From assembly GCA_036785375.1 (NCBI GenBank), contig JAWMAR010000268.1, positions 1,364,001 through 1,428,000 of the forward strand: a DNA stretch of 64,000 nucleotides. The letters are read 5' to 3'. A model generated the notes under the pieces. It did no database searches. It was not told the DNA's origin and saw only the letters and a program-made list of their open reading frames with translations. Source of the stretch: Leucoraja ocellata. Lineage: Eukaryota. Positions 1-11,281 of this stretch are shown piece by piece; position 1 is the stretch's first letter, and each line of letters begins with the position of its first letter. The position numbers were made by a program, and so were the translations under genes.

Positions 1-288
1 TACCTTTGACACAAACAGCGTCAATGAGATGGTAATCCACTGCCAACGCAGCAACAATTAACAAGCTAGGGCCTGCGGCACACTTCGGATGAATACACGC
101 AGATATTGCCCCTGGTAACAATGTACCTGCAGCCTCACACTGAAGAATCAATAAGGGCTTTCATTCCTATAAACAGCACAGTATTTTTATTCATCCGGAA
201 AGTTTTAATTCCTTGCTGTTAAAAATAAAAGATTTATTTTCAGTGGTCACACAACCAAGGAGATGTATTCGTCAGGATGAGTCAGATT

Positions 289-590
289 GGGGCGGCACTG
301 TGGCGCAGCGGTAGAGTCACTGCCTTACAGCGCCAGAGACCATGGTTTGATCCTGACTACGGCTGCTGTCCGTACGGAGTTTGTACGCTCTCCCTGTGAC
401 CGTATGGGTTTTCTCCAGGTGCTCCGGAATCCTCCGCACTCCAAAGACATACAGGTTTGCAGATGACTGAACTTTAGTAGAAATTGTAAATTGTCCCTAG
501 TGTGTAGGATAGAACGAGTGCATGGGGGTAATCGCTGGTCGGCACCGACACGCTATGCTGTTTCGATGCTGGATCTCTAAATTCTAAATA
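289..590 (+). mobile_element. tRNA-derived V-SINE (HE1-like elasmobranch SINE)
   Basis: tRNA-like head with A box (TGGCGCAGCGG) and degenerate B box (GGTTTGATCC), V-domain-like core (TGGGTTTTCTCCAGGTGCTCCGG) and CTAAA-type tail; matches the copy at 46151-46466. Confidence 0.8.
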
Positions 591-806
591 TTCAAATGTA
601 TAATGTCACTCTGCATCTCATGACATCCTAAATTGCTTTATAGTAATCTATGTGGACTGTGTGGATATTACGGGCTGAAGGGCCTGTTTCTGTGTTGTAC
701 AGTTCTATGTAGAGTCCACGTTAGTATTTATTTTGCTATGACTAAATAGGGCAACTTTCTACTGACAGTAGAAATTGGTGAGTAAATAACAGGGCACATT
801 GTTTAC

Positions 807-892
807 CAGATCTCAGGAAAGCCATGGAGCAGCAACATCAACTGCTTGTTCCTCTCGCCAGCTGCCACATAGTGAAATTGCAGCCCTGAATC
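807..892 (-). CDS. EPHX3: Epoxide hydrolase 3-like, coding exon 2 ([29 protein letters not shown])
   Basis: HGFP oxyanion-hole motif of alpha/beta epoxide hydrolases; acceptor ttctacag|GAT, donor TG|gtaaac, 86 nt; joins exon 1 in phase 0. The gene continues beyond the window start. Confidence 0.88.
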
Positions 893-921
893 CTGTAGAA
901 AGAGGATCGAGAGGTCAGTAA

Positions 922-1114
922 TGCCCCTGTCCCACTTAGGAAACCTGAACGGAAACCTCTGGAGACTTTGCGCCCCACCCAAGGTTTCCGCGTGGTTCCT
1001 GGAGGTTGCAGGTAGGGAGACTGACAAAAACCTCCGGGAACCGCACGGAAACCTTGAGTGGGGCGCAAAGTCTCCAGAGGTTTCCTTTCAGGTTTCCTAA
1101 GTGGGACAGGGGCA
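922..1114. mobile_element. Palindromic MITE, PIF/Harbinger-like
   Basis: ~87-bp imperfect terminal inverted repeats (TGCCCCTGTCCCACTTAGGAAACCTG... / ...CAGGTTTCCTAAGTGGGACAGGGGCA) around a short spacer; flanked by TAA (919-921) and TTA (1115-1117). Confidence 0.75.
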
Positions 1115-1934
1115 TTACCATCCAACACAACTGTCACTTACGAAACCACAGCTGTAGGTTTCAAACAGAAGGACTTCCATCTTTTAAGTTATGGTAACCT
1201 TTGTAATTATTACATTACAACGTGCATTCTCTAACTAGAGTCTTTCAAGCACCTTCAGGTGGCTATAAAAGTCAGCATTTTCCCCACAGTGCAGGACCTC
1301 AATACCCAGCATTCTCGGCAATATGAATGGCTCAATTAATGTTACTGAAATAGTAGATATGTTCACAGTTATTTTGCTGCTTTAGTGGTGCAGGAAGTGA
1401 GCAATTGGGGATATCCAGAGTCACAGTCAAAGGCTTAGCAGAGGGTTGTAAAAATTTAGAAATATTTTATAGGTAAGTACATTTAAAAACAATTATTTCC
1501 CAAATTAATGGATTTTTAAAAAACAATTAGGAATATGGTGAATCTTTGCTGCATTCCATCTAAAAGCAAATCCTTTTATTTGGAAGGAGCCCAAAACTGT
1601 ACACTACTGGGGAAAAGACGATGTTTATGTCATCATGGATATGCATGACTATTACGTGATGAACAAGGGTCTAAATGACATTGTTTTACTCCTGCATTCA
1701 TCAACAGGATAGTGGTGGAGAGAGTCAATAGATTCAGTATCTCTCTGATGATCTGTCCTGCGCCCAGCACGATGAAGCAAATGAAACTCACCAATGCTCA
1801 TACTTCCTTAGAAGCTTTGGCATGTCGCCAAATATGCCAAACCTCTGCAGGTGTACAGTGGAAAGCATGAGGCCTGCTAAGGTAACTTGAATGCCTATGA
1901 ATAAGGAAGGCTGTAGAAAGGGTGGACATTGCCT

Positions 1935-2455
1935 GGTGCATAAGGGCATTGACTTCCCTATCATCAAAGTGATCTACTGGAAGCACTGCTTCAAAAAAGC
2001 AGCTAATATCACAGACCTACACCATCCTAACCACACTGTCATCATGCTGTTAATATTAATATCAGAAATAAAATAGAGTATCTCGATTTCCATTCAGGAA
2101 CAACTTCTTCCCATCAAGCATCGGGTTCCTGACCTACCTTTATAACCGTACCTCAGCTCTAAACTAACAAGGACTTTGTACCGCGAAGATTGCGCTATCT
2201 ACTTTGGCTTGCACTATTGTGATCTGGTTTATAGCCATATAACAATTACAGCACGGAAACAGGCCATCTCGACCCTTCTAGTCCGTGCCGAACACATATT
2301 CTCCCCTAGTCCCATATACCTGCGCTCAAACCATAACCTTCCATTCCCTTCCCGTCCATATAACTATCCAATTTATAGTTTATCTAGTTTAAGCGATCTT
2401 TTACTTTATGTTCATTTGGTATGCTATTGTGTGTAATGTTCTGTAAAGCTGCTGC
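1935..2455 (+). mobile_element. Degenerate 3' fragment of a Rex1/Babar-like LINE, interrupted by a younger retroposon tail
   Basis: Similar to 51960-52320 (…CCATCAAAGGGATCTACTGG…AAAAAGGCAG…CACCATCCT…; AACAACTTCTTCCC). Confidence 0.5.
2234..2372 (-). mobile_element. Short retroposon 3' tail (CR1-type LINE/SINE tail), copy 1
   Basis: CCATATAACAATTACAGCACGGAAACAGGCCATCTCG…AGTCCGTGCCGAACA…CCCCTAGTCCCAT; near-identical to 3353-3496. Confidence 0.6.
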
Positions 2456-2487
2456 ACCCATCCACACTAATCCCATTTTATATTACA

Positions 2488-2606
2488 ACATCTCCAACAC
2501 CATCAAATTGAAGCCACATGCAAATTGGAAGGAGTGCAACTCATATTCTGCTTGGGTAAATTTCAATCTAATGGCATGAATGGTACTTTCTCCAATTTCA
2601 AGTTAA
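2488..2606 (+). mobile_element. Penelope-like element remnant, C-terminus of the GIY-YIG endonuclease
   Basis: Translates to EATCKLEGVQLIFCLGKFQSNGMNGTFSNFK, resembling the PLE C-terminal motif KLEEQHLIFRLGxLQPxGMNIDFSNF (recalled); homologous to 3685-3735. Confidence 0.6.
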
Positions 2607-2612
2607 ACATCT

Positions 2613-2898
2613 TCTCTCCCCCCCCCCCCCCCCCCTTATCCTCCACCCCTCCCCCATCCTCCACCCCTCCCCCATCCTCCACCTCCATTCCCCCCTTATC
2701 CTGCCTCCCCCCCCATCTTCCTTATCCTCCATCCCCCCCCCCATATCCTCCACCACCCCCCCTATCCTCCATCCCCCCCTTATCCTCCACCACCCCCCTT
2801 ATCCTCCATTCCCCACCACCATCATCACTGTACACACTGAGGCCCCCTGTTGAGGGAGGGGGAGGGGCAATCTCACGGAGGGGGGGGGGGGGGGGGGG
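2613..2898. repeat. C-rich low-complexity tandem array (CCCCCCTTATCCTCCA-like units) plus poly-G run in EPHX3 intron 1
   Basis: Repeated (C)nTTATCCTCCA/(C)nATCCTCCA units at 2613-2820; G19-like run at 2880-2898. Confidence 0.85.
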
Positions 2899-3325
2899 CA
2901 CCACGTGATGCGCGCGCGTGGCGGTTTGAAACAAGGCGGCAGTTGAACGGTCCCCACCGCCGGTACCTTGAGGCGGACGAAGCCGTGAGTCCCCAGCGAC
3001 GGGTCGCTGAGGCAGGCGGGCGGGCTCTCCCGCACCCGCCACTCGAAAGCCCTCCGCCGCTTCCTCACCACCACCACGGCGGCCCGCAGCAGGACGACGG
3101 CGCAGATGACCGCGGTCAGCGTGCGGACGGCCAGCCAGGACAGGGCGGCCCTGGCGGCCAGCGCAGCGCGGCTGGGCAGCAGCAGCAAGCGGGACCGCAG
3201 CGTCGCCATTCCCGCTCCAAGCCCCGCCTACGCTCCCCCTCCCAATCCCATTGGCTGGCGCGCCCGCCACTCAGCGGTGGGCGGGCCGAGGCTGCAGGTG
3301 AGGGGGGGCTCAGGTGAGCGGAGGT
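2890..3325 (-). promoter_or_regulatory. CpG island / proximal promoter of EPHX3-like gene
   Basis: Strongly GC- and CpG-rich against an AT-rich background; inverted CCAAT pair (CCAAT 3242-3246, ATTGG 3250-3254), GC boxes (GGGCGG 3279-3284; CCCGCC 3223-3228), E-box CACGTG 2902-2907. Confidence 0.7.
2967..3209 (-). CDS. EPHX3: Epoxide hydrolase 3-like, coding exon 1 (N-terminal membrane anchor; …RESPPACLSDPSLGTHGFVRLK)
   Basis: ATG at 3209-3207, 81 codons, hydrophobic N-terminus, PPACLSDPSLGxH motif of EPHX3/EPHX4; donor AAG|gtaccg. Lies downstream of BRD4 in the same orientation, as EPHX3 does in human. Confidence 0.88.
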
Positions 3326-3352
3326 TCCAAAGGTCATCAGGGACTCAGACGT

Positions 3353-3496
3353 TATAACCATATAACAATTACAGCATGGAAACAGGCCATCTCGGCCCTA
3401 CAAGTCCGTGCCGAACAATTATTTTCCCCTAGTCCCATCTACCTGCACTCAGACCATAACCCGCCATTCCTATATAACCATATAACAATTACAGCA
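3353..3496 (-). mobile_element. Short retroposon 3' tail, copy 2, with a duplicated 24-bp end
   Basis: Same family as 2234-2372; TATAACCATATAACAATTACAGCA occurs at 3353-3376 and 3473-3496. Confidence 0.6.
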
Positions 3497-3509
3497 AACG
3501 TTGCTTGAG

Positions 3510-3950
3510 GACAAGACACAAAAGTGCCGGAGTAACTCAGCGGGACAGGCCCTGAGAATCAGGGGAGAGGGAGACACAGATAAAGAAGGGTAAAGTGTGT
3601 AGAAACGAGAAATCAAGAGAGATGTGGGTCAAGGAAAATATAGAATCGATCATTGTTAGTTAGAGAAGGTGACATCAACGCAACTTGGGCAGCTTCCAAC
3701 CCAGTGGCATGAATATTGATTTCTCCAACTTCAAAGTAACCCATGCATTCCCTCTCTCCCCCACTCGTACCACTTCAAAGTTGTCTTGTTGAGTGTCATT
3801 GTCTGTAACTCGTTCTCACCTGGCACACTATATACCTAATTTCTTTCCCCAGACTCTGAAGAAGGGTCTCGACTCACAACATCACCTATTCCATCTCTCC
3901 AGCAATGCTGTCTGACCTGCTGAATTATTCCAGCTATGTCAATCTTTGTG
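3510..3950 (+). mobile_element. 5'-truncated Penelope-like element with inverted 5' pLTR segment
   Basis: 3685-3735 encodes LGSFQPSGMNIDFSNFK, followed by a pyrimidine-rich 3' region and a decayed hammerhead-like core (CTGAAGAAGGGTCTCGACTCACAACATC, ~3856-3883); 3510-3680 is an inverted copy of the 3' end (GACACAAAAGTGCCGGAGTAACTCAGCGGG). Confidence 0.65.
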
Positions 3951-4224
3951 TTCCATTATCATATGCCCCAGATCCAAGCTCCAAGTCTTTATTATGGAAT
4001 ATTAGCTGTGTATCAGTTAATCCATTCCTCGGGTTGAAATTATTCCAGTTATGTGGAAAATAATTCCTCAATCTATCTCCTTTCCTAGTCCTTACACCCA
4101 ATCTATTTTTTTTAATAATTGTGCAGGCAGGCAGGCAGCTGAATTTAGATCAAGATTTGTACCCATAAATGAAAACATCTATTTTAGGAAAATCACAAAG
4201 AATGAAGATTAGAGGACTCACAAC

Positions 4225-4440
4225 TGTTTGTACATTCTCCCAGTGACCATATGGGCTTTCTCTGGGTGCACCGGTTTCCTCCCATATTCCAGACATGCAG
4301 GTCTGTTGGTTAATTGGCTTCTGTAAATTGCCCCTAGTACATTGGATGAAAACTGGGATCACTAGTGTACGGGTGATCATTGTTCAGCACGAACATGGTT
4401 GGCCAAAGGGTCTGTTCCCATGCTGTATCGCAAAACTAAA
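4225..4440 (+). mobile_element. 5'-truncated V-SINE
   Basis: V-domain-like TGGGCTTTCTCTGGGTGCACCGGTTTCCTCCCA, GTAAATTGCCCCTAGT and AAACTAAA tail. Confidence 0.7.
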
Positions 4441-4597
4441 CCGTTAAAGGTTCAGTGTGGCAATGACTTCTTGAAGCATGTGAAAGGCCTAGCTTGTGAG
4501 CCAATTCAAAAGTCACTGGCTTTCTTAAAAAAAGGCTTGTAGTTATACAAATTTTGCAATGTCAAAACATGACAAAGCATTACAAGCCAATGGTATG

Positions 4598-4603
4598 TTT
4601 ATT
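4598..4603 (-). terminator. Candidate distal polyadenylation signal of BRD4 (AATAAA)
   Basis: TTTATT on plus; GU-rich element (TGCTTTGTCATGTTTTG on minus) ~20-40 nt downstream; a second AATAAA lies at 4994-4999. Confidence 0.4.
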
Positions 4604-6644
4604 TCAAGTGCAGCCAGATTGATAAAATACAGAATATTAAATATCACAAGGAGCAAGAAGCAATATTTCTTCAATACTATACTTAAATTTAGCATAAAAC
4701 TTCAATCAAATTAAAGGATGACGATGGAATCCATTAGTTGAAGGTTTGTCATTATTTTCTTCCTGATTGCATGTGTAGGGGTTATAGTAAAATAAACAAA
4801 TTAAACAATTTTCACTTCATTCAGCTGCAGTATAAATTCTGACAATGCACGACACAGATTATATTTTTGTTTAAAAAGTTATTGTGGCAAAACTGTTTTT
4901 GTTACTGTTCAATTTGATTTTCACACGTCATATTGCACAATTCAATCACATTATCCCAAATTGGAATTAGTTATTCCTTATTCAGTAAAAATGTTTATTT
5001 CAACAATAACTGCACAAAAACTAGGAATATCTAGTAATTTCTTTCTACATATATTCAAAATCTTTAATACAAGCATTTTCATATTTAATATAATTAGAAC
5101 TGGAAGAGTGACATTGTGTTGCATTAAAAAAAAAAGCTAACTATTTCATTTGATTACTGGTTTACATCACATTGATGCCATTAATCTGCAAGTAAAATTA
5201 TCCACGAAAACATTAAATAGTGTGTAATGTGTGCTCAGCATGTACAACGCAAACATGAAAATTAAACTAAATATGCCCGATGTATCCAAGAACAAGACAG
5301 TTGTATTGTCTACCAAGCAGTCCATTTAAGGGGTGGAATGCACACAAAACAAATTGAGCAGGATACAAATAAAGTCACATTATTGGAAAACGTAAAAAAA
5401 TACACTGGAGTAATATCCATAAATGTGTACATCTGAAAGTTTTAAGTGTTTTGATCAGAATATAATGAAATCACCTCAGTCTCAGACTGAAAGGCTAATC
5501 TATTAACAAATGACAATATTTGGCAAATTCAAAGTACAATTGAAAACATTAAAAAGTCTATTATTCTAATATCTGAATACAAATATTTTGTTCTCTGCAT
5601 ACATATACAATTTAAATACATAGTTTTTTTTCACCCCAAATGTGCCTTTGGAGTTTAACGTTAAGGACTTGCAATCCATTATGATATGCATTGATATCAG
5701 TTCAGAACATATTTATACCACTGTGCGCAAAGTACCCACTGAACCCTGAGCGTAGACAGCAAGCAACTCATGTAGAAGGAAAAGTGAACTGCAATTGCCC
5801 TTTTGTCCGAAATATCACATGTGCAATAAATGGTGTGATACTTGAAAAAATTGCTTAGAAGGAGTCGACAGTCAACCATTGTACGTTACACAAACATTTC
5901 CCATCCAAAGATAATTTAAGGCTGTTGCAAATGAAAGTCTAATAAAATTGAAAGTGATTCCCAGATATTTCCCATAAAAATGAAATGCAATAGAACACCA
6001 AAAGAGGATGGTTTTGGCCCTACCTCCTAACAAGCCATTTTCAATTGCAAGTACAAGAAGCGACTGAAACATCAAAAGTATAAGATGCACCGATCTACAA
6101 AAAAAAATTGTATAGTTGGAACTTTTCAGAAGTAGTGTCTCTGGTATAATTGGAACATCATAGAACAAGGGACAATTGTTGTCTTTGACCAGTCTAGTTG
6201 CCAAATAAATAGATTATAGTTTGATAGTTCGGGTAATAGTAAAGTAATTATCAGCCATTTTAAATTAGAAGCTCAATGTTATCAGAGTATCTACTTTTAG
6301 AAAAGCAATGCATCTCAATTGTCAATAAATGCTCAAACAAAACATGGATGGAAATTCTGTGAACCAAACTAATGGGCTATATAAAACCAGATTCAGCTGG
6401 TTTTTGTGAGGTGCAATATTCGTTGATAAAGGGTTGTTAAAGGTGATAATAAAGTTAATTAAACACTTCCTGTCAAGTCTGCATAATCACAAAAGCTTTC
6501 TTTTCCTGCCTCCTAGTGGTAGAACATTCACACTTTGCAGCAATAAAAATAACAATCTAATCCTCCACACTGGGTAAACCATTTGTTTAGGGTGGCCCCA
6601 ACAGATCATCAGCTACTTAGCAAACTCCAAAAATCAATGGAGAC

Positions 6645-6775
6645 AAGGGACTGCGGAAGCTGGAATCGTGGAAGAACTCAATTTGTCAGGCAGCATCTGT
6701 GGAGGGATTGGACAGAAGACACTGAAGAGGGCCATGACCAGAAACATCACCTGTCCATTCCCTTCACACTATTGG
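6645..6775. mobile_element. Old Penelope-derived pLTR fragment
   Basis: GGAACTCA…CAGGCAGCATCTGTGGAG-like segment and CTGAAGAGGGCCATGACCAGAAACATCACC decayed hammerhead-like core. Confidence 0.45.
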
Positions 6776-9654
6776 CCTTGCCCTATAAATCAATGCTTTG
6801 TTAATGTGCATACATTTTAAGATGTAAATATTTGACAGATCACATTTTGATTTTGAATTTATCTACAAAAGAGACAATTCTACCAATAATCCAATCCTGC
6901 CACCCGAATGACAAAACTATACTTATGGATGGAATAGATTTGCCCAAGCTGCGCAGGCTAGTGTGACAGAGTTCGTAGGATTATTATCTATGGGCTGTTG
7001 TTTCAACCTCCCAGTCAAGGTCAACTGCCGTGCTCGGATTATTGCTTATTCTGAAAAAAAACCAAATGCTGCACAGGCACTTAAATTTACTGTTTTAGTC
7101 CTTGGTTAAACGACACTATTTCAGCAAGAGGACACACAAACCAAGAAAAAGATCAGATTAGAGTATAGATGCATATTTACATGAGACTGCAGAAGTAGTA
7201 TCCATTTTTCACGGGACATAATACGAGGTTGGTGAAAATTATGTCCAGGAATTAATGTTTTAGTCAAAATAACTGCCATAACTACGGTCAGTATTTTGTT
7301 TTGAAGCAGAGCAGATGTGTGTGCTTGTGCGTGGGGGAGGGTGAGATAATTAAATATTAATCACCAAAATCCCTATTTCACACTAACTGCAGAAATCAGT
7401 GCCATAAACCACCAACTCTTCTCAAGTATCTCCCTCGCAGTAATGAGGCTCATGGACTAATGTTTCAAAGAGAGTACTACAAATAAATACTGTAAGCTTC
7501 CGAAATGCATGCTCTCCGACCATGAAACTTTTACAAGATAAATTTACATTATAAATGCCCCAATTTTCTAACACCTTAGTAAACTTATACAGGGTATTAA
7601 TGTCACCAACTAAATATTATTTAAATGCACAAATTCTATTTATTGCTACTAAAAACTCCAGCATTGGTAAACAAAGCAAAGCATCTCTCAAATGCTAAGA
7701 CTGATAGGTTATTTCATAATTTATGTGCTGTCCTGAGGGACAAGGACTCTCTTGTCTCCCGATCTCAAAGCTCATTGTAACAGCAGCCTCCAAAATCCCT
7801 AAATGTATTTTATCTCGGTCAAGCATCAAGCTGGGGCCAATTCTGTGATTTGATTTACACCTAGCGACCTGCCTTCTTCCTGTGTCTCTACTACGTTATA
7901 AATAGCACGACTAATGTGGACAGATAAGAGGAATCCGGTATTTTTTTTTCTCTTTTGAGAATTGTTTAAAATACCTTTCAAGTAACTGAAGCAATTGGAA
8001 ATGGTGATTTCAAGGAAAGTATTTCTTCATGAGATGTTAATCAGAGAAATCAGATTTAAATGACTGTTGGTGGAGGAACAAGAGGGAGGTGATAAGTATT
8101 CGTTTTACACTTCTCAAAACATGCCATCTGAAGAGTGATCAAAGTAAAATCGTCAACTTTCAAAAGGGAACTGAATTTAAACTTGAAAAGTTAAACATTT
8201 ACAGGGCTATGAGGAAAGATCAGGGATATGGATCCAATTGTGCAACTCCTTCACAGAGTCAGCACAATCATGAAAAGGCAAATGAACTCTACTCATTCAG
8301 GATGATGCTGTGAATCGGTTGAACACTGACATCACACAACATTTTTGACAAGCACTTGCATTTTTCCAAATGTCCGACTGTCTGGGTTTGAGAAATTTTT
8401 CTGGAAGCGATAATTTTGATTTGGAAGATTTAAAAATGCTGGATTTATTATGAAACCATTTTATATATGGCTGTGAATAAACAATTTGCGGGGGGGGGGG
8501 GGGGGGAGAAATCAGCTTTGTTTGCAATCAAGATCAAAAGATCCCCTTTTGGCAGAGATAAGTAAGCATGCTATAAATGAATATAGGCAAGATACAAATT
8601 ACAAAATTGGTTTTCACATAATAATCTTTTGAAGATCAATTCCTCCGCTTCAAGTTCCAAACTCAGCATCACGAAGAAGTTAAACTGTAAACATTTCCCT
8701 ACCTTATAACTAGATGCACCTCTTTATAAATCAGTTCTTAAGTGCATCATTATACTGGTGTATGGAGATAACACAGAGTGCTGCAATGGATATTAGTTGA
8801 GCTATTCTAGCTTCTTCATTTCCTTTCTTTCTGAAAATGTTTTGATAACACTTCTTTAGTTATATGCACTCATTCTGTTACTGATATTGGAAAATATCCA
8901 TGATTTTTCTTTCGATATCTTAAGAGGAAAACTAAATTGAACCAATTCTTTAACTCAATCTTGTCCTTGCATTAACAATGGAAGGTCTCATTGCCGAGAG
9001 AAGAATATTCAGGCTTTAAGAGACAAGTTTCTTTGAGTAATTCAAACCCAATAATATATCTTGCTCTCCTACTAGACGCCCATACCTTTCTCCACTTTCC
9101 AAAATTTCTTGGCACCAACTTCCGGCAATAGATTGGAAAGTAATTTCCAATATTACTGGCAGAGCCAACTAAAAAAAGTGCATCTCTTGTGCAGAGTTGT
9201 CTGTGGAATAACTTTCTCCAAAGCATTTTTATATCAAAAGGCATGGAAAGTTGGCCCATGAAACAAATGAAATTATTGCAGGGTACAATTCTTCCAAAAT
9301 CATCAGATGTACCATGTTGACATCTATTCTAGCAACATCATGTACTGAGCTACTCAGCTGACTATTTTTCTAGCAAATACCTGAACATTTGTCAGAACTA
9401 TAGTCCTGGCAGCATGTTGACAATTAACAGCAGGGTTGTTTAAAAGCGCTTTTTAAAAAAAATCACTTTTTCTTACTGTGGCAAATGTGTCATTTAACTT
9501 TTAATAATGGAGTAATTTTAATCAAGATGTATCATAAGCAAGCTACGTTATCAGTGCATTCTGAAAGCATGATCATTAGGTATAGGTGATCACTCCAATG
9601 GAACAGATTCTAGGCTAAAGAAAAAAGACACCAGTGTATTGTATAAAAGGTGTG

Positions 9655-9660
9655 TTTATT
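9655..9660 (-). terminator. Candidate proximal polyadenylation signal of BRD4 long isoform (AATAAA)
   Basis: TTTATT on plus ~1.55 kb after the stop codon; downstream GU/U-rich GGTGTCTTTTTT (9621-9632 on minus). Confidence 0.55.
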
Positions 9661-11212
9661 CAATAATCGATACAGACCAAATGCAATTTTTCTGCCTCTC
9701 AGTAAAACCGACTTTAAACTGAGGTTACCAACACTGGAGCTGGTACTGTATAGTGGGTATTTTGGCACATTAAAATATGTTCATTTAAAAAAAAAGAAAA
9801 AGGTTAAAAACAGCTGAAAAAATAAAATTATATTTAAAGGCAAAGACGAGGAATGGTACATTAATTTAAATTTTGCCATATTTGCCATAAAACAATCACT
9901 CGTCTAATTCTTGCTGCAGAGTTTAACTAGGAGAACCAGCACTTCACTTGATGCTTTTAGCGAATACTAAAGAGACACTTGCACAGAAACAGCTCGTATA
10001 TTTTGTACAACCCTCTGAAGAAAAAAAAGGAACGCCCAGAATCGACCATATAAAGATAAAACTCACACCTGGGCCTCCAAATCGTATGGAAGTCTGCTAC
10101 ATTAATAAAGTAAGTTTTTTTTAATTACAGAAAACATACAAGTTAAGCATTGCACACCAACCATACCCACTATACAGCATCGGTTGAACTACTCAAGGGC
10201 AGCTGAAACCTCTGGTTATTTGCAGAAAAGAAAGTCAGCTCTTGTATCTTTACTATTCAGAGGGACAACAGTACAAAACAGTTTCAGCAGTGCCATTCAA
10301 CATTCGTATCTCCTGAGGTAATGAGACAAAACAATTTTACCTACTTTGGTTGGTAGTCCAGCTTTGATCCCAAACACTGCAGAAAAGAAATTAAAACGGA
10401 AAAACAAAAAAAAAAAATGCTTTAGATGGGACAGCTGTTTAAACTCATAACCTCCGACATACGATTTTTTTCCCTTTTTTGTATTGCCATAACCATCACA
10501 TGGCTTGTCAGAACATACCCAGCCTAGTATGTGAAAACTCTGTAGATAAACAAAACCCGCAGACAGCACTATGCACTGTAAAAAAAAAATGAACACATAG
10601 TTGCACTGCTTAAATAGTCCATCCAGATTATACTGTTGTAACTTAGTGAAGGGGCCAGTTTTCCCAATTACAGGGGAATCCACCCATATATATCATAGTA
10701 TTGCCCCGTTCTCTCATGAGCAGTGAAGGAGACGAACTAGATTTATAGAGCCAATGCAGCAAAACCGTTCAGGAAACAGGGCCCTGACACTGTAACAGTG
10801 AAAGCCTGTTTGATTGAGTACATCAGAATGTTATTGTGTCTTTTCGTACATAGTGAAGGAGTTTGGCGAGGACAGCCTTGCAGCTAATGGGTAACCCCTC
10901 CCTACCCTCTTTACAGTAGTATCATTCGGAAAGCTGGACGCACATTTGTGCACGTGTTTTCTAAACAACAATAAGTTTTTTTTGTCTATTTGTTCATTCC
11001 TATATTGTGGGTTAAATGTAAGGCAGACTTCTGTCCATCCATGTCCATCCATCCATTCAAGGCATCGACTGAACGATTCGCTCACTCACTGGGTCACACA
11101 TGCAGAAAGACCGTGCACCAAGAACCTGGCCCAAACACTACGGTGCCACGCAACTCATGGAAAACAGTTTCGTAGTACTTTCAAAAGTCAGGATATCCAG
11201 GAAAAGGAGTCC

Positions 11213-11281
11213 TCAGAAGAGATTCTCTTCAAATATTGCCATTAAGTCGCTCTGAAAATTCATGTCAATCGTAGCCGCCAT
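11213..11281 (-). CDS. BRD4: BRD4 last coding exon, C-terminal motif / P-TEFb-interacting domain (MAATIDMNFQSDLMAIFEENLF*)
   Basis: Near-identical to the BRD4 CTM; acceptor gatttag|ATG, TGA at 11215-11213. Confidence 0.96.
   Translation of the reverse strand: MAATIDMNFQSDLMAIFEENLF

Noticed and set aside
2525-3361. Overlapping GC-rich ORFs (2525-2908, 2722-3270, 2850-3317, 3106-3357, 3116-3361)
   Set aside because: Shadow frames of the CpG island, EPHX3 exon 1 and the C-rich repeat; only 3209-2967 has family homology, apart from the short Penelope remnant.
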